DNA of 64,000 nt. It comes from Lophium mytilinum. Lineage: Eukaryota. A program made the translations under genes and the position numbers. Where the stretch lies: positions 1,273,032-1,337,031 of the forward strand of contig MU004182.1 in the NCBI GenBank assembly GCA_010093605.1, written 5' to 3'. Every line of letters starts with the position of its first letter. Position 1 is the stretch's first letter. This document shows positions 47,408-59,867 of this stretch, one piece after another. The notes beneath the pieces were generated by a model. It did not search any database. It saw nothing but the letters and a program-made list of their open reading frames with translations, and was not told the origin of the DNA.

Positions 47408-47956
47408 TACCTCCCTTATTCTCACGTTTCATCCTCACCCCCTTCATGTCTACCTACATAGTCTTCACTGAAATGCCAAGATGACCGGGTATGAACTCAG
47501 TGCTACTGTGGTTCGGCGGTCGCCTACCTATCTATCTTAAACATGACGTTTCGCCCAAGCATGCGATCATCATTCTCCAAAACCTGCTGAAGCCGGTCCC
47601 TGTTCCAAGAACATCGACACCACCCAATCTCAGTGGCGATAAGGTAGATCGGCACTACCCACGAAACAGAGAGCTACAGGGAACGGCCATATTCGCTGTT
47701 GATGCAGGAGCCGGCCGGCATCGTGACAGGCTTTGGTACCTGGTATCTGGGTACCGGGCCGCCACTCCACGGCGGAGAGCGAGCGAAGCTTGAAGATAAG
47801 AAGTGGGATGATCTGTGGGTTTGGCTATAGTAGCTCTTCATATTTCAAAAACCTATATTAATATCTCAAACCTTGGAACGCATCTTTTTCCCCGCCAAAC
47901 ATTTTCAACTACCACAAAATATACAGCACGGTAATCTTTCCACACACCTCTTCACT

Positions 47957-48170
47957 ATGATCCCTAAGCACATCCCCACCGGCCCCATGTCCTCCTCCGA
48001 CGAACCCAAACTTCCAACAGAACCTGCTTCCCAAGAGGCCAACCCCAAACCCTTCAGCATAATGAACATCCACGTCCCCCGCAAAACCCCCTCCAACCCC
48101 TCCTCCCGGCCCACCCTCAACCGCACTCCCTCCGTCCAGACCCGCTACATGAACATGCTCCTCGCTCTGG
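47957..48170 (+). pseudogene. 5' fragment of a conserved fungal membrane-protein gene
   Basis: MIPKH...PSVQTRYMNMLLAL resembles the recalled start of a fungal membrane protein family. It then runs into antisense GH130 sequence. Confidence 0.5.
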
Positions 48171-48497
48171 GCCGACACGTTGTTGTAGGCCGTATATGTG
48201 ACGAAAAAGGTCCCATTGACTCTCACAATACGTGGATCTTCAGTGCCGCCTATGGTTTCGTATTCTTCCGTGGCGTAGATGATCGGCTTGTTCAGGCGCG
48301 TGAAGTTGTACCCATCCGTTGACCATGCCAGACCGATGCTTGACGTCTTCGAGGCATTTTTGGCTCGATATAGCAGGAAGATTGTCTCATTCAGTACCAC
48401 GGCCGTGGGATTGTACAGAAACACGCTCTCCCAGTCATTGGGTCAAGGAAAGTGACAGGCCTACCAGGAGGCAAAAAGTGAGAAGAATGGCCGCCAT
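48167..48497 (-). pseudogene. Truncated secreted GH130-like glycosidase
   Basis: Signal peptide MAAILLTFCLLVGLSLS is out of frame with NDWESVFLYNPTAVV...LLYRA...SIGLAWSTDG...GGTEDPRIV...TYTAYN. Homology ends abruptly at ~48167. Confidence 0.8.
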
Positions 48498-49237
48498 GCT
48501 GGTCACCCATGTGCCTTCTACGACCAATTCTACCCATCGTGCTTCTTAAGGCCCCATAGAGGGGCCATGACGTACCTACTCATCGTGAAAGAAGCCTCCT
48601 CTTCCCCGCGCGCAGCTTCTCGGAAGGGGAAGGCCGTGACGCTGGCCAAGGCAAAGTTAGTCAGTGGGATGATCGCACGTTAGGACCCCTTCGCCTGGTG
48701 AGTCGCTGTAGAAAATGTAAGAGAGGCGGAGGGATCCATTCGCGGCCGATGGGACATCAGGAAGGCCTTTCATTGAGTCTGTAGAGCGAGTTGCTGCGAC
48801 TCGGCCGTTTCTCGCTGTCGCAAAACGAAGCCCTCTGCGTTACGGCCGAGAGGGATAGGTGTCGCTGAGGCTGGACATGGGGCTGGCACAGCTGCGGGGA
48901 AATTCAGGCCGAAGCTCCAAGCTTTGATTGCCCCGAACCCCTTGACAAGCGGCAAGCCATTGCTCCTGCAACATGGAGCAAAACACCACACAGCCTCATT
49001 GTTGCTCGGACCCGTCTTCGCCATCTTCGAAATGAAGCAGCCGTCGGAGCCCGAGTGCACCCTTGAAACTAACAGCCTCCACATAAGACAGCAAAACGCG
49101 TTTGTATATAAGGGAGGATGCATTCATCACTTCGATCAGCCAACAATAACGATATCATCATCTATCATCTTCTCTCACCATAACCTCACTTATCATATCC
49201 TGTCAAATAGCAAATCATTTCATCAAACTCCCCCACC

Positions 49238-50257
49238 ATGTCTACCACCATCCGCAAAGCAGTCATCACCGGTGCCGGCGACGTCTCAAACATCTCCGTC
49301 ACTGACGGCCCCATCTCAGCGCCAGAGCGTCACCATGTTCAAGTCCGCGTCCTCTACTCTGGCTTCTCCGGCTCCGACATTAACATGCGCCTCGGCATCT
49401 ACCCATTCCAGAAAAAGGCTCCCTTCACGCCCGGCTACTGCCTCATTGGCCGCGTCAACGTCAACGGTCGGGACAGTCAAAAGTTCGCAAAAGGGGCTCT
49501 CGTAGCGTGTCTCTCGGTCTACGACGCTGAAGCCGAACTCGCCAACCTACCAGAAAAATACCTAATCCCAGTCCCAGAAGGCCTCGACCTCCAGCAAGCC
49601 ACTGCGCTCATCCTGGACTGGAACACCGCATACGGCATGGTCATGCACACCGCGAATGTTTCCAGCGGCCAAAGGGTGTTTGTGCACGGCATGAGCGGTG
49701 CTGTCGGGTACGCTGTCACCATCCTAGCCCAGCTCCAAGGGGCCGAAGTGTATGGCACCGCTTCACCCAAGAACCACGACGCCATCAAGCAATTAGGCGC
49801 TACCCCATTTACCTACGCCAACAAAGACTGGATCTCCGCAATGACCGAGCTCGGCGGCGTCCACGCCGTCTTCGACGCCCTTGGGTTCGAGAGCTGGGAC
49901 GAATCGTACTCGATCCTGACGCAGAAAGAACGGAGCATCCTCGTCGGGTATGGCGGCAATCTCCCAATGTTGACGGGACAGCCGCCGAGGTCTATGACCG
50001 TCGCCGTGACGAAATTGCTCGCCCAGAATATGAAGATCTGCAAGCGGAGGACGACATTTTACTACATCGGGCGCGATGACAAGACGTTTGTTCCGGATTT
50101 GACGGCGCTGTTTGACTTATTGAAACAGGGGAAGATCCAGGTGCCCATCAAGAGGGTCTACGGGCTGGAGGAGGTTCCGCAAGCACATAAGAGCTGGAAC
50201 ACGGGCGCTGGGATGGGCTCACTTCTCGTGAAGATCGCAGATGATACCCCGGCGTAG
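49238..50257 (+). CDS. MDR-family NADPH:quinone oxidoreductase-like protein, intronless
   Basis: GFSGSDINMRLGIYP, TPGYCLIG, FVHGMSGAVG, VFDALG. Catalytic Zn ligands are not evident. Confidence 0.9.
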   Translation: MSTTIRKAVITGAGDVSNISVTDGPISAPERHHVQVRVLYSGFSGSDINMRLGIYPFQKKAPFTPGYCLIGRVNVNGRDSQKFAKGALVACLSVYDAEAELANLPEKYLIPVPEGLDLQQATALILDWNTAYGMVMHTANVSSGQRVFVHGMSGAVGYAVTILAQLQGAEVYGTASPKNHDAIKQLGATPFTYANKDWISAMTELGGVHAVFDALGFESWDESYSILTQKERSILVGYGGNLPMLTGQPPRSMTVAVTKLLAQNMKICKRRTTFYYIGRDDKTFVPDLTALFDLLKQGKIQVPIKRVYGLEEVPQAHKSWNTGAGMGSLLVKIADDTPA

Positions 50258-50284
50258 TGCTTGATTTTCTTTTATTCTATTGGT

Positions 50285-51240
50285 CGCGGCGTGCACATAC
50301 TGTAGCCACTTTTCCAACCGCTTGCACGACCTTCTAGATTAAGCCTCGAATATTAGGTTTGGAAAAAGCTGCCAGGGCGTGTCTGTGGAGAATTTGCTTC
50401 CTCTGGTTACATAAAGTTACAGATCTAAACGAGTAACTTACTCTTTGCTTGACGCGAAGGGCACGCGGCGTACACAATTCCTAGTCACTTTTCTAACCGT
50501 TTGCCCGACTATCTGAATCAAGCCCGTAGAATTGGGATTAGATAGGGTTGCTGGGCAGGATTGGTGGAGATCCTGTCTCCTCCAGTTACAAAGATTTACA
50601 TTTCTAACCGTGCAACTTATTGTTTCCTAATCGTTTGCACGACCCTCTAAATCAGGCCCATAGAAGTAGGTTGAGAAAGGCTCGCGGGGGTGCGTTGATG
50701 GAGATCCTATCTCCGCCAGTTACATATAGTCACATTTCTAACCATGCAACTTATTTTTTACTAGACGCGGAGGGGAGCTCTCTAACCTTTTGCACGGCCC
50801 TCTAAATCAAGCCTATAGAATGAGGTTTGGGCAGGGTCGCTAGGGTGCATTAATGGAGATCCTATCTCCGCCAGTTACAAAGAGTTACATTTCTAACCGC
50901 GTAGAATTCTTTTTGCTAGACGCGGAGGGCACTTTTCAAACCGTTTGCACGACCCTCTAAACCGAGCCCACAGAATTAGGTTTGAAAAAGGCCACTGGGG
51001 AGCCGCCTGTGGAAAACCCACCTCCTTTAGTTATGAAGAGTCACATTTGTAACCGCGTAAATATATTTTGTCAGACGCGGAGGGCACGCGGCGTGCACCT
51101 ATAGTAGGGGTATTTCTTACTAGATTTTCACAACCCCCTAAATCGAGCTCGCGGTATTAGGTGTGGAAAGTGTTGCTGAGGTGCGCCTATAGGAAACTGT
51201 CTCCTTTAGTAACAAAGAGTTACATTTCTAACCGCGTGAA
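50285..51240. repeat. Degenerate tandem array, ~6 units of ~135-180 bp
   Basis: TTTCTAACCGTTTGCACGACCCTCTAAAT-like anchors near 50307, 50486, 50623, 50778, 50930 and 51111. GGAGATCCTATCTCC, GTTACATTTCTAACCG and GACGCGGAGGG recur. Confidence 0.88.
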
Positions 51241-51463
51241 CATGATCCACTTCGCCATTTAGGCCTATCGATAAGCCTAGGCCGGACTTATATGTCGTCG
51301 TGTAAGAGGAGAGTCAAAACGGACAACTCCAGGCGGGATTCAGACACTCAATCTTTTCTCCCAACCTTTACTGTTTCCATTGTTGCAGTCTATCCAAATT
51401 CCAGACATCCCGGAGCGACTGCGCTCTTAAGATCCCCCTACCACTTCCACCCTAATTCCGCGA

Positions 51464-53676
51464 TCATCCCTGCCACACACTCGAGAACCTCCTCCTCCTG
51501 ACCTGCGTCGCCGGACTCGCCTCCCGCGCCGCCGCAAAGCTATTCTCCAAAATCGCATCCTCAATCTCATCTTCCTCTTCAATCCGATCCACCACGCTCT
51601 GCGGCGGCTCGCTCTCAAACACGGCCTGGATATCCGCGTGCACATTGAAGCTCGACAAGCTCCACCAGCTCGCTTTCCCCTTTTTAGACGGGCCGTTCGG
51701 CCCCATTTTCTTGCTCTTCCAGAGGTAGCGCCGCTCGTAGAGGCAGATGAGCACGAGGATGGGCGCGTTGAGCACGCGCACGGCGAAGACGTTGACTTTG
51801 TGGAACCAGCGCGGGGAGATGAGGAACTTGAGGGGCACGAGGATGAGGAGGGCGAGGATGTTGAAGGGGGGTCGGTAGGCGAAGATGGCGTCGGACTTGA
51901 CGCCCTCGAAGGTGAGGACGGTGCGACGGAATTGGATCTCGGCGGTTGCGTCGGCGGCGATCTTGGAGAAGGTGTTGGAGAGGATGGCGACAAGGATGGT
52001 GAGGAAGAGGGTGTTGCCTAGGAAGGCGTAGGTGGTCATGAGAGCCGGGCCGAGGATTAGATGGAAGGTGGGGGATTCTTGGATGCCGGTGCCGTCGAGC
52101 CCGAACCAGATCCAAAGCATCCATTTGGAAATGGTGATGGAGTTGGGTGCGTCTTCGGGGTCCACGTGGGTGTTGCCCATGCTAAGCCATTTCATGGCTA
52201 GTAGGAAACCGCCGAAGCACCATACGGCGATAAGACTGAGGGCGGTGAAGTCAGCCATCATGGCGCGAAGTGAGATAAATAGCATGTTTTCGGGCATGAG
52301 GTTGAAGGCCAGGCGGGGCAGAAGGATGGGGGCGGCGATTGCGAGGATATCGAGAGCTTGGCGGCATTCCCCCAAGTTTCCAACTATCCATCCATGCAAC
52401 CGCATACCGAGATAGACGATATAAATGACGACGAAGGTAATGTCGAGGAATGACCAAAGATTCTGCGTGTGAACATGCCACCCATGCTCAAGCATCGAGG
52501 CAAATTCGTCGAGTACCCAGCCCGCAGCGTAGACGACAAAGCAGACCTCGTACCCAGTGAACCGCGTATGGTCTCGGTGTGCCATGCAGAGACAATACAG
52601 CAGGAGGAGAATGACAAATTGGCAGACCTCGATGATGTTACGAGACCTTGGGACGATCAAGCGATACTGGTTCAATAACGGCGCCTTCCGTGGGTCATAT
52701 AATGAGATTGGCTTGTGCTTGTAGTTGTCAGGTATGATGTCGATGAATGCATTTGGCGTGTAAACAACCCGTCCATAGTAGACAGCGTCCACTACCTTCT
52801 GGCAGGCGGTACTGCTGAGAAACATCTTGCTCTCTGAAATGATGGAGATTTCTAATGCATTCGACTTGCCCTCATAGCCGCCCCGCGAAATTAACGACAT
52901 ACGGGCGAACGGCACCTCTTCACAGACTTCATGGGGCGCGTTCTGGAACGGATCAAAACCAGCGACCAGAATGTTGGCAAGTAGAAGAAGGCCTGGACGA
53001 CCAGTAACATCTTCGTCGAATCGGCGGAGTATCTTCATGGCTAAGAGTTCGCAGAGATTTGCTCGGGTGACATTGACACTCTGATGGTGATGCTGATATG
53101 ATTGCTCGCGTAGAAACTGCACGCGATTGACAAGCAGACAATACACTATGAAAAGTTAGTGGTTGAGCAGAGTAGGCAGTGCGATGTTATTAAGGAAATC
53201 CTACCGATAGAAACGTCGTCTGGATCATACAATCGGTCGACAAGGGGCTTCACAATCAAGACGTTCATTCTCGGCTCCTTAAGTTGGTCCATGGTATATG
53301 GATCATCTGTGTTGGATTAGCAATCTGCAATCTCCTACTTTAGTTCATACTCAACTCACCAATGCTCGCTAACACAATTCTTCGGATTCTGTTCACACAT
53401 TTAGCATCATTGCCACTCTCAGCTGTTTGGACTGTGAAGAGTTGCACCATACCGATGAATGGATACATAAACTGGCAAGCCAGCATGTGGGTCTGGCACA
53501 AACACTTGCTGGGGCCCCGCATACGCCCTCAGACAGCCATCTGGGTCCGCAAGCTCCTCATCCTCATCTCCTAGCAGTGTCTCTTGCTCCTCGCGCGAAC
53601 GTACCGCACGTAGAGCATCGGACAGACTGCGGTGCGACGAAGTGTGAGTGATTGGGAAACCAGGCCGGGGAGACAT
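51464..53676 (-). CDS. TRP-type (Yvc1-like) non-selective cation channel, multi-exon
   Basis: LPVYVSIHR, DPYTMDQLKEPRMN, YCLLVNRVQF, multiple TM helices, pore region WIWFGLDGTG...FLGNTLFLTILVAILSNTF. Confidence 0.9.
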
Positions 53677-54169
53677 GGCTGCTACGGTTTGAAGCACAAG
53701 ATAGAAGTGTGTAGGAGGTGCTCTGAAAGAAGTGTCGATGATGCTATTGCTCTATTACTTTGATACTACCGAGGCCAAGGCGGGTTGCTGCAGAAAGCGG
53801 GGCTGTTGCGGGAACTAGGTTGCTTGAGGCTTAGGTATGTACAGAAATCCTGGTTCCTGGTTGTTACGGGCTAGGAAGGCTATAGAGATTATTCCTACGG
53901 CGATTGAGATAGGAGGCGCATGATGACGAGCAGGTGGACGGGACAGCAAGCGCAGTGATGGAGGTTCACCAGCTGGCAAAAGCAAAGGGGCAGGAACTCA
54001 GCCACAGATAACGTAGGGCTGAAACAAGCATGGGGCTTGGTTGCATCTCACGTGCCAAGACCGATCGCGCTCCGATTCGCTCGAGTCTTTTCGCAACGTC
54101 AACAGGTCGAGTCACAACTCGGTCGATGCCACTCAATCTCTCCTTGTCAACAATATCGTTCACAGCAAG

Positions 54170-55766
54170 ATGGAGTCATCCGCATTGCTTCACTACCCCC
54201 TCCCGTCTGATGCAGGCCTGAAAAATCAATATGTTGGCAGGAAAATTAGCGAAGTGGCCGCACCCGCAGCGATTATTGATCGAGCTGTCGCGAAGCGGAA
54301 CTGCGAGGCGATGCTTGAAGTGGCTAAGAGGCTGAATGTGGGCTTCCGGGCACACATCAAGACTCACAAGGTATATAGAACTCACCTGCATCTCTCGCGG
54401 TAGACTAGCGAAAGTGATTACCTATTTAGTTTGGTTGATTGCGTAGGAACCAATTATAGTGCTGACCCGTGTGATTGCAGACAACTGAGCTGTCTCGGCT
54501 TCAGGTGGGTAACACTGGGCCGGCTTCAATAATTGTATCGACCGTCATGGAGCTCGAGCAACTGTTGCCCCTACTCCGAATATTGCAAGTGGAAGGAAGA
54601 GATTGTAGTGTAAGCAAAATGCCCTCGATGATATGGGTGCGCCTGAAGAAACCCAATTAATTACTTCATAGGTGCTCTATGGAATGCCACTGCCTCCATC
54701 GAACGTGCAACGCTTGATGAGTCTTGCCAAAAAGCTGAAATCTCTGACCATTAACGTTCTCATCGATCATCCCGACCAAGTGGAACATTTCAGTCAAACC
54801 TCTTTCAAAGAACCTGACACCAGGATTGGAGCCTTCATCAAGGTTGATACTGGGTATCACCGCTCGGGTGTCGCGCCAGAAAGTGCAACCCTTAAAACCA
54901 TCGTCGACGGGATCATGACAGCCGACTGTCTCGTTTTGAGTGGCTTCTACAGCCACCTTGGCCACAGCTATGGCGGGAACTCGGCCGCTGAAGCTATACA
55001 GGGACTGATTCATGAGATTAGGTCTACCAAGGAGGCAGTAGATTTAGCCTGTGAGGGCCTAAAAGTGCAGAACAGGCTGACAATATCAGTCGGGGCGACA
55101 CCAACTGCGACAGCAGTCCAAAACATATTGATGAAGAGCGACCCTGCAGCCGATGAAGCTCGCAAAGTGATTGAGCAAGTAGCCGCGACATGCCATCTCG
55201 AACTTCATGCTGGCGTCTACCCGCTGCTAGATCTCCAACAGCTCGCAACACACGCACGCCCAACTGAGGTACCCGGTGATCTTGGCGAGAGCTCCAACGC
55301 CGTTGCACCGCTATCTGTGGAAAATATTGGGCTCCGTATGCTTGTCGAGGTGGCAAGCCTTTACGATGATCGAGGGACTCCCGAGGCGTTGATTGGGGCT
55401 GGTACGCTAGCATTGGGAAGAGAACCATGTAAGAGCTACCCAGGCTGGGGCATCGTCACGCCTTGGGAGGATAGCACTGCGGCAGATGATGATAGGCAAT
55501 TATTCTTCCAAGAAGCGTCGCCTGTTTACGACGAAATAGGCCGGACTGGATGGATTGTTGGAAGAATAAGTCAAGAGCACGGAATCCTTGTGTGGCAAGG
55601 CGACCAGCAAAATAAGAGGAAGCTCCGTGTTGGCGAAAAGCTCCTGGTCTGGCCCAACCATGCTTGCGTGGCCGGGGCTGGGTCTGGGTGGTATTTAGTC
55701 GTCGATTCAGACGAGCAGGATCCGGACAGGATTGTGGACGTCTGGGTAAGATGGCGGGGTTGGTAG
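54170..55766 (+). CDS. DSD1: D-serine dehydratase (fold-type III PLP enzyme), 3 exons
   Basis: FRAHIKTHK (PLP Lys), FIKVDTGYHRSG, YSHLGHSY, ELHAGVY, SQEHG, PNHAC. Confidence 0.92.
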
Positions 55767-55890
55767 TTACTGGGCAGATGTTTTGCCCAGAAAACGACTC
55801 GCTGTCGCAATGCTTCAAATAATGCTGCTAAAGTTGGAACATTTAGATGGGATATATTGCAATCGTAAATATGTCTCGATGGGGACGCGT

Positions 55891-57231
55891 CTATGGATGA
55901 CGTCCGGCGTGCTGTGGTGGCGCTTGGGGGTGTTGACTCGGCCTCATGCCTTGTCCTTGTTGAGGATGTGACGGTACTGGTGCAGGATATGGCGGGGGAT
56001 ATTGACCTGGTGTCTCCCACTTCAGACTGAATGCGACGCTGGCCAAGCCTTTGACTTCGCTCAGAATCTGGCTCAGCATGGTGCCCTGAATGGCGCTTTC
56101 ATTGAGCATCCTCGTCTCAAAGTTTTCCCGCTTCTGGCGGTTCTTGTCGTGAAACGAAGCCGAACTTGTCCTCCATGTCTCTTCTCGCGCGTCGTGGGCC
56201 TCAGAGGCAATTCTTCGGCATTGTTCTACCCAGCGTATCTGGCTGGACAGCTGCTTGGATTCCTTTCTCACGAGATCAGGTATATTCACCATGCCGGAAA
56301 CTGGATCCATCTGTGGAGTGGGAACAGCAAAGACATCTGAGACAGATGGCCGGGTCCCTGACCTAGTACCGCCAACAGCACTTTTATCGCCAGCACCACC
56401 TCCTCGTTCAAGCTTCGTCAAGGTATCGTATTCCCAGCTACTCTTCTCGTGCCACTGCTCTCGCCACTTTCGCAGAAGCCGCTGGACGTGGTTGACGCAT
56501 TCGGTGGTGTCTTCCTGTATGTCTTCCCTCTGCCTGGCTAGCAGATCTTGCAGGTCTTCCTTGGATATTAATGGCATAATATCTTCGTCCTCATCGCCCA
56601 TGCGCATGCGCTTGCTTTCGAGGGGCCCGTCATCAACAAGAAGGTCGTCGTCGGCTGCCTTGCGCTTGCGCCTCGAAAGTATGTCTTGCTCGAGCGCTGC
56701 ATCGGAGCCGCGGCGTGTTGGTTTGTATGGAGTGGTTTGGGGAACAGGAGCACAGGCTTTGGCGATTGAGCGGCCATTTGGTGCTGAAGGGCTCTTCTTG
56801 TGAGTTACTTTGACGGAGATGGGGTGTTCTTCGCCCTCGACGTCGTGCACAATCGACAACTTGTAACTACGCGGAGGGTCGCTGTCCACCACAATCTCAA
56901 TGGCACCCAGAGCGGCTGCAGAAAAGCCGTCGCGTTCGTCGAGCTCGCGCTTGAAGCTGTTGATCACGGCCGCAAGCTTCTTCGCAGCATCGTCAACCAG
57001 CGGATCCGGCCCCGTCGCGGCGGCAGTGGACAACGGCGAGAGCAATTGGTCGTCCTGCGAGGGCAGCGGCGTGGAGAAGGGCGTCGTATGCGACGAGTCC
57101 GTCACTGGGTCTGGCGACGGCATCGCTGGATTTGTTCGGTGCGCGTCGCGTTGGGGGCGCGGAGGGGCGTGTTGAGGCGCGGCTCGGGATGTGTGCCGAA
57201 GGATGAAGCTCAGGAGCAGCTGTTTTGGCAC
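55891..57231 (-). CDS. Conserved fungal hypothetical protein (start may be 57123)
   Basis: Long ATG ORF with REDIQEDTTECVNHVQRLLRKW and QIRWVEQCRR...REETWRTSSASFH. Confidence 0.75.
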   Translation of the reverse strand: MPKQLLLSFILRHTSRAAPQHAPPRPQRDAHRTNPAMPSPDPVTDSSHTTPFSTPLPSQDDQLLSPLSTAAATGPDPLVDDAAKKLAAVINSFKRELDERDGFSAAALGAIEIVVDSDPPRSYKLSIVHDVEGEEHPISVKVTHKKSPSAPNGRSIAKACAPVPQTTPYKPTRRGSDAALEQDILSRRKRKAADDDLLVDDGPLESKRMRMGDEDEDIMPLISKEDLQDLLARQREDIQEDTTECVNHVQRLLRKWREQWHEKSSWEYDTLTKLERGGGAGDKSAVGGTRSGTRPSVSDVFAVPTPQMDPVSGMVNIPDLVRKESKQLSSQIRWVEQCRRIASEAHDAREETWRTSSASFHDKNRQKRENFETRMLNESAIQGTMLSQILSEVKGLASVAFSLKWETPGQYPPPYPAPVPSHPQQGQGMRPSQHPQAPPQHAGRHP

Positions 57232-58022
57232 TGGATTGCGGCGAGCGGGTGCCTGCGACGAGGTCGGCGGCGGTAGGCTGGGCGTTGGGAGATGGAGGGT
57301 CGCACTACAGGCGCGGTGTACGCCCGCTGTCCGTATCGCTTTCTGGCTAAAGCTAGGAGAGAACGGGCGAGATTGGTGGTGATGAGGCGGCTAGTCGCTG
57401 CGGGAAGCGATGCGGCCCGAACGGTCAAGCTGATTCGAATCTGGGGCATCGGGAGCTTTCTGCGCGGAAGACAGCCCCAAGACAGCCAGGACACCCCCCC
57501 AGCGGCCTCTCAGGGCCTCCTCCTGCTCCTCCTGCAACCAATTGGGCCCAGAAATCCCCCGTCATCCTCGTCCTCCGCTGCCCCAGCAGCGATCCTCCAC
57601 TCAGACGCCGCCCAAAAACTGGATGCTGCCGCCGCCTGCACTCGCCTCCGCCGCCGAAATCGACACGCCCCTCTGGCTGGCCGCCCCTAGGCCTCACCTC
57701 GCGCAGCCTTGCCTCTCTCCACACCACTCCACTGCCCACCCTCTCTCTCGCGGGCCGAATCCTCCAGCCGTCATCTGTGCAGCTGCAACATGCAGACCCG
57801 GCCTGCACCTCGCGCACCCTGTTTCTGACTTGTTCCGGCTTCTGCGGCCAGCGTGCCCCTGTCGTTCCCTCTCACCCGCCGGCCACAGTGCCCACGTCCT
57901 GTCCTTCCTTCAGCGCCTTATAGCCCCATATTATATCCCCTCCGGCACGCATAGCACGCCTCAAGAACCGTTCCTGTCCTTAAAGTCCCGATTAGCCATT
58001 CTGCGACCCTCGCCGTCCCGCC

Positions 58023-59867
58023 ATGGCCCCTGGCCCGCCGAACGAGCGCGCACATAAACACCACGAGCCCTCTATCTCCTCCTCCCTTCTCACCGACGAC
58101 AGCGACGCCGCCGACCATGCCTCCCCTCCGTTCCCGGTTCCAATACACCCCCTTGAGTCGATGCAGGGCCCCTTCGAGGAGTCCATGCTTGATGCAACGG
58201 GGGATTCGCACTCATCGCCTTTCCAAAATCCTGCTCTGAATGCCGAGTTGCGACACCAGGCGCTGTGCAAAGTCGGCTCAAAGGCGCTAGAGAGCGAGTG
58301 GAACTTCACCTACAACTGCTACTGGCGAGACAACTCACGGGCCAAATTCCATCCCCTGCGGAAGACGGTTGCCCAGGTCGCTTTCGGCGTGCACCTGCTC
58401 CACCAGCATCTGGAGAAGTCAGTGTCCGACGTGGCCGACATTTTGCAGAAACATGTACACGAGCTGGACACCTTCCTACAACGCGCCAACGAGGATATGG
58501 AGAGTGGTATCAAGGACATGCTCTTCCGGTGCAATTGCCTCCGGGTGCCCATGGAGCATGTCAGCGAGTTTGATCGCCTCCTCGAGGATCGCCAGTACCG
58601 AGCCCAGCTTCTAGACGGGAACATCACAATCGAGCGTACAATACAGCGGATGTCACAGTTGATGAACGACTACCTTGTCGATCTACAAACGCTAAAGGAC
58701 GCGAACAACGAGCTAGACACCTATCTAGAGAATATCGGGGAGGAGTGGACGGACGAGAACGACGACGTTGCCCGCATCTATTCGGCCATGTGTGGGAATG
58801 CGCTGGGATGGTCTCAATATGTGCAGAGTCTCATCTCAAAAACGGAAAAGTTGGGACTAGTGCTGGTTCGTGTAGGCAGCTACTGCAACGAGATCGAGAA
58901 GCGTTGTGGTGCTGCCAGTAGGAGAAGCCTGGTGAGTCCCTGCCATGCTTGTGGCCTAGGGAGAGCTTTTTATCACTAACAAATCTCCCAGATTGCAAGC
59001 AGATCGTCGTCCCGCAATTCGAGTTCCAAGGATGGTGTTCGCTCTTTCAAGAATTTCACCGACAACAAACCGCTACCAACCGTTCCGAAAGACCAATACT
59101 CCAAGACGAATTTATCTCCACCCAGAAGTGCCTCCGCAAGCGGCCACCACAATTACCCAGAGAAGCGTCAATCATCGCTGACAGGAGAGGTACGGCAGAC
59201 TACCAGCAGAAGTGGTTCCACGCCAGACCTAGCTCTGGTAGAGCGGCAATATAAACCAGCCGAGTCTGCAAGAGACTCTATATCAAACTTACAAGACAAG
59301 AAGCGAATATCGAAACTTGATGACACGACATTCTTGTCTGGGGATAAGTCCGATCCACTTGATCCTGGGGACGACAAGTCCATCGAAAGAGGGAGGTCAC
59401 GTCACACCGGCAACGGGAAATACCTTGGATCCGAGAAGAAAGGAACGGCCGAATTCTCACCATCAGACGCGAGCACCGTTAAGGTTAGACCCGCAATGAA
59501 TGGAGACACAAGTCCCCCTCTCACTGCGCAAGACTCTGCCTACTCCTCGGTGTCAGGGTCCTTTGCATCTCCGGCGACGCTCCCTTCCCTAGCATCTCCC
59601 ACTCCAATATCGCAACGTCGAGTGACCCTCGGCTTGTTCCCAAGTAGTGCCCCTCCAACACCAAAATTTGCCTCTGGAGGTCACAGCAACGCCTCGGGTC
59701 TCACCCTACCACTATATACAAGGCCGCTTCTTCAAGAGGAGCGGTCTCAGTCACAGCTAAGCAGTCGCAGCACTCGCCGAATGCTCAAGAAGCCCAGTCT
59801 ATCATCACTAAAGAACTTCTTCACGCGGAAGAAAACGTCGAACACTGTGGGAGTTATTAAGGAGTGA
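58023..59867 (+). CDS. Conserved fungal hypothetical coiled-coil protein (2 exons)
   Basis: 318-aa helical ORF, GTGAGT donor near 58932 and CAG acceptor near 58991, then a Ser-rich tail ending LKNFFTRKK...VIKE. Confidence 0.75.

Noticed and set aside
50285..51240. CRISPR-like array (also 1-660)
   Set aside because: Eukaryotic context, whole units are homologous with no unique spacers, and there are no cas genes.
51427..52415. Several long overlapping ORFs on both strands
   Set aside because: By-products of GC-rich codon usage in the cation-channel gene.
57240..58020. GC-rich ORFs and C-rich runs
   Set aside because: Consistent with a divergent promoter/UTR region; no protein signature.
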